64,000 bases of DNA from an uncultured Chthonomonas sp. Its GTDB lineage: Bacteria; Armatimonadota; Chthonomonadetes; Chthonomonadales; Chthonomonadaceae. Location of the stretch: assembly GCA_903919615.1 (NCBI GenBank), contig CAIXIX010000588.1, forward strand, positions 22,324 to 86,323, read 5' to 3'. Below the pieces are notes generated by a model that did not search any database, was not told where the DNA came from, and was given only the letters and a program-made list of their open reading frames with translations. The translations under genes and the position numbers were made by a program. Positions 35,970-45,153 of this stretch are shown here, piece by piece. The first letter of the stretch is position 1, and each line of letters opens with the position of its first letter.

Positions 35970-35988
35970 GTTACGCTCATGTTACGAT
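35970..35988 (+). promoter_or_regulatory. GTTACG direct repeats upstream of SBBP protein gene
   Basis: GTTACGCT, 3 nt, GTTACGAT, with 11-nt phasing. Lies 99-117 nt before ATG 36087. Confidence 0.3.
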
Positions 35989-36086
35989 GCGGCTGTAGCA
36001 TACTCCTGACAAGCGCACTCCACCCTTTGACAATCGCGTCGAAACTCACTCGACGGCTGAACTCGGGAGCCTTGTCGGGAGGGATC

Positions 36087-39000
36087 ATGCACCCCATATT
36101 CAAGACACTGGCAAGACTTCTGCTCTGCACAGCATTGTGCGCCACCAGCATCTGTTCAATGGCCGAAAGTCCTGCAGCGCACGTCAACAACAGCAGCAAG
36201 CCATCCATCCATGCGACGGTCTCAGGCCCAAAGGGCCGCCATCGTATCGTGAACGGCGGAGCCGCAAGCCGGCTTCGGCACATCCCGCTGGTTTTTGAAA
36301 CAAACCGCGGTCAGACAGATCCACGTGTAGCATTTTTGTCCCACAACGCAGGTTCGGGCCTGTTTCTCTCAGCTACCGAAGCCACCTTTTCTGCGCCTGC
36401 AACCGAGCCTAACAAGAAGGTTTCAACGATTCGTATGAACCTGTTGAAGGGTAATAGCCGTGCAGTTATGCACGGCGATGGAGTGGCGAGCAGTAAAGTT
36501 AACTACATCATCGGCAACGACCCAAAGCGATGGAAAACCGGTATCGAAGGCTACGGCCGTGTGCGCGCCGACAATGTCTATCCTGGAATTGACCTCGCAT
36601 ACTATGGCAACGAACAGCAGCTTGAATATGATTTCATTGTTGCACCCCACGCAGATCCAGACGCGATAAAGTTCGCATTTGATGGAGCCAGATCCGTTAA
36701 GCTGAACCATAAAGGCGACCTGATTATCAGTACACGGGGCAGCTTGATGAGCTGGCATCGCCCCGTAACGTATCAGCAGATTAATGGGAAGCGGGTTCCC
36801 ATAGATTCTCGATACACGCTTTCTCGAACAGCGACGATCCGAGCATCCGGTCGGCGAATTTCCGCCCACTCCTCGGTTCAGGTGGCGTTTGAGCTGGGCA
36901 GATACGATAGAACCAGACCTCTTATCATCGATCCGACGCTCGCCTACTGCTCCTATCTCGGCGGAAATGGTTCAGACCTCGTTACTGGCGCAGCCATGGA
37001 TGGTTCCAACCATTTCTATATTACTGGCCACACTTACTCTAACAATTTCCCAACGGTCAACGCCTATCAACCAACAAACCTGACCTATACGTCCAGCCCA
37101 TATTCCGGTGGTTTTACAGGCTTTATCGCCAAAATGGATCTATCGCGAGCCGGCGCGTCGTCAATGATCTACTGCACCTATATTGGGGGCACCCAGGGAG
37201 CCTGGCCATACGGCATCGCGGTTGATCCCACCGGCAACGCCTACATAACAGGAGGCACTGCGTCACCCGACTTCCCGCTTGTGAGAGCCTATCTTACATC
37301 CAACCCGGGAAGCCAGGGGTTTATCTTTAAGCTGAGTCCGGACGGCTCAACGCCCTTGTACTCGACGTTTTTTGGCGGCGCAACCGGCGGTGCTCCCCCT
37401 ACTGCAATTGCCGCAGATGGGTATGGGCAAGTTTACGTAGCCGGCACCACCTATGCGAGCGATCTGCCTACAAGCGTGACCTCTTTTAAAGCGCATACCG
37501 TAGGTTCATCCGCTTTTCTCGCCAAACTCAACACCCTCCTGTATGGCCCGGCATCCCTCATCTACTGCACATACATTGGTGATCCGACGATCCTTCTTGG
37601 CCGCGAAACCGCGACCGGGGTCGCTGTAGACAGCCTTGGCCACGCCTACATAACTGGAGTCACTCTTACCTCTACTTTTCCGATTCTCGGCGGATTTCAA
37701 TCGGGGTATGGCGGCAATACTCTGCGCGGCGCTGGCGACGGTTATCTTGTAAAACTCAACATCGGTGGGACGGGTCTGCTCTACTCCACCTTTATCGGCG
37801 GCACAGGGACTGATCAACCCAATGCGGTTACGGTGGATGCAACGGGAAACGCATTGGTCGTTGGGCAGACGGATTCGACCGACTTCCCGATTTACAATGC
37901 TTTCCAGCCAACAAACACATCCCTACTTTCGGCCTTCGTTACGAAAATCAATACGAATGCGGTCGGCAGCGCTTCTCTCATGTGGTCCACGTATCTTAGT
38001 GGTGGATACTACAACTACGCCTATTCGGCTGTCTACGATACTTCTGGAAATGTGTATGTTGGCGGTTCAACAACGTCTCTGGATTTTCCCGTTACACAGT
38101 TGTTTCCGCCAAATGTACCAGGACAGGGAGGAGCATTCGTCACAGAGATCGCCGCTGATGGGTCACATATAATGTACTCCACCGCTATCAGCGGGTGGAC
38201 CGGAGACTGCTTCGGCGGCTATATAGCGATTGATACGAGCGGGTCGATCTACCTGACTGGCTTCACGAGAGACGATTCGGGGCTGCCCATAACCTCTGCA
38301 AATGCGTTCCAGCCTGCCCATGCGAATGACGAATCTGCGCCCGGATATCTTGAGGACTGTTTCGTGGCTAAGATTGTGCCGGACTCACTAGACCTGGCTC
38401 TAACCGAAGTAAGCAGCGCTCCCGGAATTGCCCGCGGAAGCAGTGTTAAGTACACGCTTGCGGTCAAGAATAATGGGCCGGTTACGGCGACCAACGTGGT
38501 ACTGAGGGATGCGCTGACGAGCAACTTCGATCCCGATAGTCCGTTCAGTTTCGGCGTACTGAGCACGACAACTCCTCAGGGCTCCGTGACGGTATCAGGC
38601 GGAAATGTTACGTTCAATATAGGAACGATCAACTCAGGACAGACGATTGTGGTGACCGTCACGGTCGGCACATCGGGAGTTGGCTTCGGATCCATCACCA
38701 GCGCAGCGACAGTAACCTGTGATGAAAGAGATTCAAATCTAACAAACAACTCCGCATCCATAGGCACAAGCGTCTTAAGGCCCACTCCAACACTGCTGTT
38801 ACTAAACCCATCTACGGTATCGGCCGGAGGCGGTTCCTTTACACTAAACGTGACTGGAACAGATATCCCGAGTGGTGCGCAGGTAGCGTTCAACGGATCG
38901 ATACTGCCCGGAAGCGTTGTTCTCTCAAGCACCCAGATATCGGCGACGGTGCCTGGATCGCTGGTTACAACAGCGGGAACTGCACACATTACGATCGTAG

Positions 39001-39356
39001 GTCCATCCGGCGCTGTATCCAATGCCGGTGTGCTGCTCATTGGCACGCCTGCGCTGCGTGCTGCCGTAAGCGTTTCGCACATTCCGTTAGGCGGTTTCAA
39101 GGCAACCATCACCTTCACTAATTCGGGCTCGGGACCAGCAAACAGCATTCAGATTACTGGATGCACGCTGCATTCGATTGGCACCACAAGCTCTCTGCCA
39201 TATACCGTTGGGACACTGTCTGCGGGGAGTTCAGCAACCGCATACCTGAACTTCCCCAGTTCGGCTGGCTCCAGCGGACTGACGACAACGATGACAATCA
39301 CTGCTGCCTATGCCGGCGGAACCTTCTCCAGCACGGTGCGGGTTACGCTGCCGTAG
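36087..39356 (+). CDS. Large secreted SBBP beta-propeller-repeat protein with DUF11 and IPT/TIG-like domains
   Basis: ATG 36087 (GGGAGGG upstream) gives signal MHPIFKTLARLLLCTALCATSICSMA. Many units of the type GIAVDPTGNAYITGGTASPDFP. DUF11-like LAVKNNGPVTATNVVLRDAL. Ig-like C-terminal domains. Confidence 0.8.
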   Translation: MHPIFKTLARLLLCTALCATSICSMAESPAAHVNNSSKPSIHATVSGPKGRHRIVNGGAASRLRHIPLVFETNRGQTDPRVAFLSHNAGSGLFLSATEATFSAPATEPNKKVSTIRMNLLKGNSRAVMHGDGVASSKVNYIIGNDPKRWKTGIEGYGRVRADNVYPGIDLAYYGNEQQLEYDFIVAPHADPDAIKFAFDGARSVKLNHKGDLIISTRGSLMSWHRPVTYQQINGKRVPIDSRYTLSRTATIRASGRRISAHSSVQVAFELGRYDRTRPLIIDPTLAYCSYLGGNGSDLVTGAAMDGSNHFYITGHTYSNNFPTVNAYQPTNLTYTSSPYSGGFTGFIAKMDLSRAGASSMIYCTYIGGTQGAWPYGIAVDPTGNAYITGGTASPDFPLVRAYLTSNPGSQGFIFKLSPDGSTPLYSTFFGGATGGAPPTAIAADGYGQVYVAGTTYASDLPTSVTSFKAHTVGSSAFLAKLNTLLYGPASLIYCTYIGDPTILLGRETATGVAVDSLGHAYITGVTLTSTFPILGGFQSGYGGNTLRGAGDGYLVKLNIGGTGLLYSTFIGGTGTDQPNAVTVDATGNALVVGQTDSTDFPIYNAFQPTNTSLLSAFVTKINTNAVGSASLMWSTYLSGGYYNYAYSAVYDTSGNVYVGGSTTSLDFPVTQLFPPNVPGQGGAFVTEIAADGSHIMYSTAISGWTGDCFGGYIAIDTSGSIYLTGFTRDDSGLPITSANAFQPAHANDESAPGYLEDCFVAKIVPDSLDLALTEVSSAPGIARGSSVKYTLAVKNNGPVTATNVVLRDALTSNFDPDSPFSFGVLSTTTPQGSVTVSGGNVTFNIGTINSGQTIVVTVTVGTSGVGFGSITSAATVTCDERDSNLTNNSASIGTSVLRPTPTLLLLNPSTVSAGGGSFTLNVTGTDIPSGAQVAFNGSILPGSVVLSSTQISATVPGSLVTTAGTAHITIVGPSGAVSNAGVLLIGTPALRAAVSVSHIPLGGFKATITFTNSGSGPANSIQITGCTLHSIGTTSSLPYTVGTLSAGSSATAYLNFPSSAGSSGLTTTMTITAAYAGGTFSSTVRVTLP

Positions 39357-39415
39357 ATAGGTGATTAGGTAAGTTGGTAAATTGGTAATTGGGCGGTTTG
39401 ACGGATTGTTTATTG
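39357..39415 (+). repeat. G/T-rich short tandem tract, copy B5
   Basis: ATAGGTGATTAGGTAAGTTGGTAAATTGGTAATTGGGCGGTTTGACGGATTG, starting immediately after stop 39354-39356. Confidence 0.7.
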
Positions 39416-39433
39416 CAATTTGGTACTTGGACG

Positions 39434-39463
39434 GAAGCGGCGTCTATCGGTAGGCGCCGCTTC
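39434..39463. terminator. 9-bp hairpin between convergent genes
   Basis: GAAGCGGCG-12 nt-CGCCGCTTC, between stops 39356(+) and 39488(-). Confidence 0.5.
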
Positions 39464-39487
39464 TGAACCAAATCAAGACCAAAAACC

Positions 39488-42400
39488 CTACTCACTCAGC
39501 GCGATTTGTGCCGCGCTATTCAGATCCATACTGCCTCCTTGAAGAACTAATGCTCTAAAACGCGCTTCTCCTATCCCCTCAGCAATAGCTGCTGAGGTCC
39601 GGGTAAATCCGGATCCTGGAGGCGCAAGACGCAGCCGCATTCTCTCTGCAGCGCACCAGCCACAAAGCAGCGCAGCCTCCTCATTGAATCCAAGCAAGTT
39701 TCTGAGGTTCGCGCTTTCCTCAATACACTTGAGTATGCCGACTCGAAAGTCGATCTCAAGTGCGAGGTTGAGCGACTCATGGAGTGATGCCCGTGCCCTC
39801 TCGTACTGTCCAATTTTCATCGCTACAAGAGCGATCCCGGTATGCGCTTCGGATATTCCCCCCTTGCTGCCCGTCGACTGATGATGCTTGAGGGTAGCCG
39901 CAAAACAGGAGAGAGCCTCGCTATACTCTCCTCGCGCCAGGTGAACTTGACCCAATCCATATCTAGCCTCAAACTCCACCCGCGGTTGGCCGGTTTCAAT
40001 CGAGAGCTCTATTGCCTTAAGGCTGTTGGAATAAGCTGCGTCCAGATCGCCCATTTCTCGGTAGATATACTCTAGCCTCGATCGCACGTTGGCTTCGCTG
40101 TATTTGTTGCCAAGTCGCGTCACTAGTTCAACGGCTCTGAGGCATACAACCAGCGCGGCCTCCAAATCACCTTTGAGAATGTATACATATGCAAGAGCCG
40201 AGAGTGCGCGAGCAATCTGGCTGTAATTCTTCAGCTGTTCGAGCAGGTCCAAAACAATATTGAACAGCTTCTCAGCTTCATCAAGCTCATTAACCAATCT
40301 CGACATGTTGGCGAGGCAGAGCACTGTTCTGGCGTGCAACTCCGTGTTTTGTTGAATCCCCTTATGCTCGTAAGCCCTTCGAAGATAGTGCATTCCATGT
40401 ATGAAGTAGGATCGAACATGCCAGAACCGCTCAAGCCCACATGCTAAGCTTGCAGCGAGTTCGCCTCCATCTGGATCCAGTAACGTTATCTCAAGGGCGG
40501 AGCGTATATTGGCGTATTCTGCAGCGACCCAGGCAACGCCCTGTTCAATTGGCGCCGTCCACGAGTTCCAAAGGCGGTGGTTCAGGTAAGTTGCGAAGTT
40601 TCGAACGAGCCCACGATGCTCCGGCAATGCTCTCAGCTTTTCGCCGGCATATTCGCGGATTGTATCGAGCATTCTGTAGCGAACTGAATCTCCGACTCGT
40701 TCCATTACGATCAACGAGCGGTCTACCAGTGCGCTCACCAGATCCATAATGGCTTCACGTTTGAGGGATGGGTACAATTCGTTCCGCGTGAATTCGCCGA
40801 TAGAAGGTGAGTGAGAGGAGTCAAAATCTGGAGGCTGCGAACTGCAGACCTGCTCAGCAGCCTCGAGCGTCCATCCGCCTGTAAATTCTGCGAGATAGGC
40901 GAGCAGCTTTTTCTCATCCTCTGTGAGCAGGACATAGGACCAATCGACCAGAGCTCTTAAAGTCTGCTGCCGTGGCATTGCGACCCTGCTGCCCGTGGTT
41001 AAAAGGCTAAACCGATCATTCAGCCGAGACTCGATCTGCTCCGGCGACAGGCTGCGTGTTCGAACCGCAGCAAGCTCAATCGCGAGCGCAATGCCATCCA
41101 ATCGCCGGCAGATGTTTGCGATTGAAGCAAGGTTCACCTGCGTAACACGAAACGTGGAGTTTGCTTCACGTGCACGCTGAACAAATAGCTGCACGGAAGA
41201 GTAGTCCAGCACGGTATCAACGGTCGGCTTTGAAACGGCCCCGGCATCTCCCACACCAATAGCCGGAGGAATCTCCAGTGTGGGCACCTGAAATACGCGC
41301 TCCCCGGAAATGTTGAGAGGCTGGCGACTGGTAGCAATTACCTTGAGAAAAGGAACTGCCTGGATCAGTTTATGAACCTGTAGTGCGCATGCGTCGATCA
41401 GGTGTTCGCAATTGTCAAGAATAACCAGGGATCTGCACTCCGCAAGGTTTTTCACTATGGCTTCAGAGAGTTCTACACCAACCTGCTCCGAAATCCCGGC
41501 CGCCTCTGCCATTACAATCGGCAGCATCGTTGGCTCCGAAACTGAAGCGAGATCGACAAAGAGAATCCCGTCCGTGTAAATTGCGTTTTGATGCTGGGCG
41601 ACATCCAGAGCCAGTCGCGTCTTCCCGATACCACCAGGACCGGTGAGCGTAACCAGCTTCGTCGAATTCAACAGGGAGACCACTTCGAGACGGGCATCTT
41701 CACGGCCGAAAAGAGTGGTCAGTGGCCTTGGAAGCGGCTTGAATTGTGTTGGCGTATGTTGAGGATTCGCAAACGTGGAACAACCACTGTCAACTGCGCG
41801 TGCTTTGCTCCGTATTGGCTCTGAATGCTGCGGTAGTGTGTGTCGTTCTCGAAGGATTTCGAACAGGGCCTGAGTTTCGGCATCAGGCTGCGTATTGAGC
41901 TCACCATGAAGGAGGAGGCGCAAATCACGATATGCCTTTATCGCCTCCGGGACATTGCCTGAGTTTGAGAGCGCGTGCATCAGAGTACGGTACGCCGACT
42001 CGTTGAACGCATCGGACGCGATCAGCTGCCGGGCGAAACCTGCTGCCTGTAGCCATGCGCCGGATTCTAGTGCGCTTGCGGCGAGCGCATCGAGTGCTAA
42101 TGCGTATTGCTGTTCGCGCAGCACACGGGCAGGTATGGCCCACTCTTCCGGGCATTCGACCAGCAGTGGGCCGCGGTACAGCGAAACGGCCTGCTTGAGC
42201 GAAGCAATATCACCATTATACAGTAACTGATCGAACTCAGTCAGGTCACAGACGACGCCTTCTCGTTCCAGACAAATGGTGCGATAGGATTCGGATTGAA
42301 TAAGTCTGCGGTAATCGCCCAGGTCGTTGTTTAGGTCGCTCAAAGCTCGGCGAAGATAGTAACGCGCCATTCCGGTCTCGGCATCTGGCCATAGGGCAGT

Positions 42401-42595
42401 GGAGAGCCACGCCCTATCAACCGGTTTGCCAAGGTTGAGCGCAAGAAGGCCGAGAAGCCACTGCTCCTTCCGGGTCTTGAGGACCATTGGGCCAGCGCCA
42501 GACAGCTCCAGAATGCCAAATAGGTTGATTGTTAGTTGTGCGGGGTATGATGCGTTGGTGGCGCCAGGCATTAGCTTCTCCGGTCGGCTCGCCAT
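39488..42595 (-). CDS. AfsR-like regulator: SARP winged-helix + BTAD + NB-ARC (STAND) NTPase + TPR array
   Basis: N-terminal LTINLFGILELSG...LWPDAETGMARYYLRRALSDL (OmpR-type wHTH). BTAD helices AYRTLMHALSNSGNVPEAIKAYRDLRLLL. Walker A GPGGIGKTRLAL. Long TPR C-terminus. Alternative start ATG 42571 has a better GGAG. Confidence 0.85.
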   Translation of the reverse strand: MASRPEKLMPGATNASYPAQLTINLFGILELSGAGPMVLKTRKEQWLLGLLALNLGKPVDRAWLSTALWPDAETGMARYYLRRALSDLNNDLGDYRRLIQSESYRTICLEREGVVCDLTEFDQLLYNGDIASLKQAVSLYRGPLLVECPEEWAIPARVLREQQYALALDALAASALESGAWLQAAGFARQLIASDAFNESAYRTLMHALSNSGNVPEAIKAYRDLRLLLHGELNTQPDAETQALFEILRERHTLPQHSEPIRSKARAVDSGCSTFANPQHTPTQFKPLPRPLTTLFGREDARLEVVSLLNSTKLVTLTGPGGIGKTRLALDVAQHQNAIYTDGILFVDLASVSEPTMLPIVMAEAAGISEQVGVELSEAIVKNLAECRSLVILDNCEHLIDACALQVHKLIQAVPFLKVIATSRQPLNISGERVFQVPTLEIPPAIGVGDAGAVSKPTVDTVLDYSSVQLFVQRAREANSTFRVTQVNLASIANICRRLDGIALAIELAAVRTRSLSPEQIESRLNDRFSLLTTGSRVAMPRQQTLRALVDWSYVLLTEDEKKLLAYLAEFTGGWTLEAAEQVCSSQPPDFDSSHSPSIGEFTRNELYPSLKREAIMDLVSALVDRSLIVMERVGDSVRYRMLDTIREYAGEKLRALPEHRGLVRNFATYLNHRLWNSWTAPIEQGVAWVAAEYANIRSALEITLLDPDGGELAASLACGLERFWHVRSYFIHGMHYLRRAYEHKGIQQNTELHARTVLCLANMSRLVNELDEAEKLFNIVLDLLEQLKNYSQIARALSALAYVYILKGDLEAALVVCLRAVELVTRLGNKYSEANVRSRLEYIYREMGDLDAAYSNSLKAIELSIETGQPRVEFEARYGLGQVHLARGEYSEALSCFAATLKHHQSTGSKGGISEAHTGIALVAMKIGQYERARASLHESLNLALEIDFRVGILKCIEESANLRNLLGFNEEAALLCGWCAAERMRLRLAPPGSGFTRTSAAIAEGIGEARFRALVLQGGSMDLNSAAQIALSE

Positions 42596-42671
42596 GTGGC
42601 GCCCGGGGCGATGCAGTTCATCACCAGATCAGACATTTTACCCTCTTGTAATGCAATTGGCTTAGAATATG

Positions 42672-42703
42672 CCACGCTTTGTGACACGCTTGCCTGCGAA
42701 AAT
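42672..42703 (+). promoter_or_regulatory. CACGCTT direct-repeat box plus -10-like hexamer upstream of NHL PEP-CTERM gene
   Basis: CCACGCTTTGTGACACGCTTGCC. Heptamers at 42673-42679 and 42685-42691. After a 6-nt gap comes GAAAAT at 42698-42703. Confidence 0.55.
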
Positions 42704-42813
42704 ACAGTTGGTGCCGCCAAATGTGTGCTTCTCTGGAGCCATTGGCAAAGCATCCCAATCTCTGAGGCATCGTGCCGTACGATCTTGCGATTGACGGCAA
42801 CAGGAGGCAGGCA

Positions 42814-43752
42814 ATGCTTGTGCTTTCTAAGGCTTCGACAACATGTCGACGCGTTACATTCTCTCGATTCCAGTCTTTCTGCAGCTTAGCTGCGGTTGCT
42901 CTGCTTATTCTGTGCGCCGCCGAAGCGAATGCGCAATTTCTGTATGAATCTGATGCCGGCACCGGAACCATTAACAGGTTCACATCATCCGGCAGCAAGA
43001 GCGTCTTTGCGACGGGATTCTCCTCTCCGAGAGGCATTGTATTCGACAGCAGCGGAAATGCTTACATATCTGAATACGGAGCCGGAGACATTGTCAAGAT
43101 TGCACCAGGCGGAGGGAGAAGCATCTTTGTAAATGACATAACTCTTCCAGAAGGTCTGGCATGCGATAGCAGCGGAAATATCTACGTTGCGGATTATTGG
43201 ACCGGCAACGTCATAAAAATCACGTCTGGGGGTTCAGAATCAATCTTCGCTTCTGGGTTCAATTCACCGAAAGGTATTGCCCTCAATAGCAGTGGCGATC
43301 TCTTTGTGGCATCTGAAGGGGACAACGGCATCTATGAGGTTACTCCGGGAGGATCCGTATCATTATTCGCCTCAGAATCAGCGCCACAGCATGTCGCAGT
43401 CGATAGCCATGGAAACCTGTACGGTACCGTTCAGGACCCAGGTTCGGTTGTAGAGATCAGTCAGGGCGGAGCAAATACGACGATTGGCACCGGATTTACC
43501 TATCCGTGGGGAATCGCGATCGATCCCAGCAGCAATATCTTTGCTTCGGATCTGTACGGAGGCACAATCAAAGAGTACTTCGCCGGTGGAGGAAGCACGA
43601 CGTTCGCTTCAGGGCTCAGCTTACCTGCCGACCTTACATATGTCCCCGGGCCAGCCACGAGTTCTACTCCGGAGCCAGGGACCTTCGCGATGCTGATTTG
43701 TCTGGGAGTAACTGGCACGGCGGTGCTGCGCAAAAGACGCAGATCTGTTTGA
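42814..43752 (+). CDS. NHL-repeat beta-propeller PEP-CTERM protein
   Basis: ATG 42814 follows AGGAGG. Signal ends AEANA. Six units like SPRGIVFDSSGNAYISEYGAGDIVKIAPGG. C-terminus TPEPGTFAMLICLGVTGTAVLRKRRR. Confidence 0.85.
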   Translation: MLVLSKASTTCRRVTFSRFQSFCSLAAVALLILCAAEANAQFLYESDAGTGTINRFTSSGSKSVFATGFSSPRGIVFDSSGNAYISEYGAGDIVKIAPGGGRSIFVNDITLPEGLACDSSGNIYVADYWTGNVIKITSGGSESIFASGFNSPKGIALNSSGDLFVASEGDNGIYEVTPGGSVSLFASESAPQHVAVDSHGNLYGTVQDPGSVVEISQGGANTTIGTGFTYPWGIAIDPSSNIFASDLYGGTIKEYFAGGGSTTFASGLSLPADLTYVPGPATSSTPEPGTFAMLICLGVTGTAVLRKRRRSV

Positions 43753-43761
43753 GACAGCTAA

Positions 43762-43790
43762 TCCTGGGCTTACGCGCTGTGAGCCCAGGA
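43762..43790 (+). terminator. Hairpin after NHL PEP-CTERM gene
   Basis: TCCTGGGCT-11 nt-AGCCCAGGA, 10 nt after stop 43752. Confidence 0.5.
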
Positions 43791-43998
43791 GCATGACAGA
43801 TAGCGCCCACCCTATGATAGTTTGTTCCACCTTATTGCCACAGGTTCGCACATCGCTCACATCCGGCAGGGAACGCATTTACTGTTCCCCCTTCCTTGAT
43901 CCCTTTTCCCTAAACGCGGTTTCCGCCAAACACGATGTATAATCTTTTTTGCTTTTGCAGCATCCATTTAGCAACTCAGACCACGCCCGGGAGTATCT

Positions 43999-44826
43999 AT
44001 GAATACTATCGCTCACCTTAACCCTGCCCTTGTGTCTCTGATTACGCAGATCGGTTCTCAGGTATTTGGAGCGATCCTGCTATGGATCGTTGGCCGATGG
44101 TTAATCGGATTTACAGTCCGCCTTGCAAACGCCGCATTAAATCGCCAGAAGGTCGATCCAACCCTGGCCAGTTATGTAATCTCGTCGCTCACTGGCCTGC
44201 TAAATGTGGTTCTGATCATCTCGATCCTTGGCGCGTTCGGCGTACAGACAACGACCTTTGCAGCAATCTTCGCTGCTTTCGGTCTGGCGATAGGCACCGC
44301 CTGGGGAGGGCTGCTCTCGAACTTCGCGGCAGGCGTGTTTATGGTGGTGCTGCGGCCGTTCAAGGTAGGTGAATTTATTGAAGCTGGAGGCGTCGTTGGC
44401 ACGGTCGTAGAGATCGGCCCTTTTGTCACCAAGATCAACGCGCCGGATAACGTTCTGAATATTGTAGGCAACAGCAAGATCTTCGCAGACAATATCAAGA
44501 ACTACTCCTTTAATGCCTATCGGCGAGTCGAGCTTGTGATGCAGCTCAATCACAATGCGAATGTTGGTGAAGTGATGACGCTATTAAAGTCGCGCCTCTC
44601 CGAGATCCATAACGTGATGACAGACCCGTCGCCCGATGTGGAGATCCTGGAGTTCAACCTCAGTGGACCCAAGCTTGCAGTGCGGCCCTACTGCCACAAT
44701 AAAGACTACTGGCAGGTCTACTTCGATACAAACCGATCCATCAACGACCTCGCTGCTGAGCAAGGTTACAGCACTCCGGAACAGCACCTGGTTATCCGAA
44801 GTGTGAGCGAAGTGAAAGCTGGCTAA
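43999..44826 (+). CDS. Small-conductance mechanosensitive channel (MscS family)
   Basis: Three N-terminal TM helices, then the MscS core GGLLSNFAAGVFMVVLRPFKVGEFIEAGGVVGTVVEIGPFVTKI. Confidence 0.85.
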   Translation: MNTIAHLNPALVSLITQIGSQVFGAILLWIVGRWLIGFTVRLANAALNRQKVDPTLASYVISSLTGLLNVVLIISILGAFGVQTTTFAAIFAAFGLAIGTAWGGLLSNFAAGVFMVVLRPFKVGEFIEAGGVVGTVVEIGPFVTKINAPDNVLNIVGNSKIFADNIKNYSFNAYRRVELVMQLNHNANVGEVMTLLKSRLSEIHNVMTDPSPDVEILEFNLSGPKLAVRPYCHNKDYWQVYFDTNRSINDLAAEQGYSTPEQHLVIRSVSEVKAG

Positions 44827-44998
44827 GAAGAGGGATGAGGTACGAGGGAAATGGGAACTGCGCACAATACAAGCAGCCGTTACCTCTGTTAGTGATCGGG
44901 ACCAGGGCATTGTTGGAGGGGAGGCGCATCGTGATTGATGTTCCGCCCCTTTTTTGTTGGTCCGCACTATCTCGATTAGACAAGTCATCCTCTGTTTA

Positions 44999-45030
44999 CC
45001 ACGCTTTGTGACACGCTTGCCCTTTATACG
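44999..45030 (+). promoter_or_regulatory. CACGCTT direct-repeat box plus -10-like hexamer upstream of HAF PEP-CTERM gene
   Basis: The same 23-mer as at 42672-42694. Heptamers at 45000-45006 and 45012-45018. After a 6-nt gap comes TATACG at 45025-45030. Confidence 0.55.
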
Positions 45031-45153
45031 GCCTCTGTTAGCTGCTTTTCGTCCCTTTTCACACATACTAGCCGGATTATCCATGATATCCAGATTTCGC
45101 GGCCGCAGCAAGCGGCGACCCTGCCAGGGATAATCGAGCAAGGAGGCCGTTCC

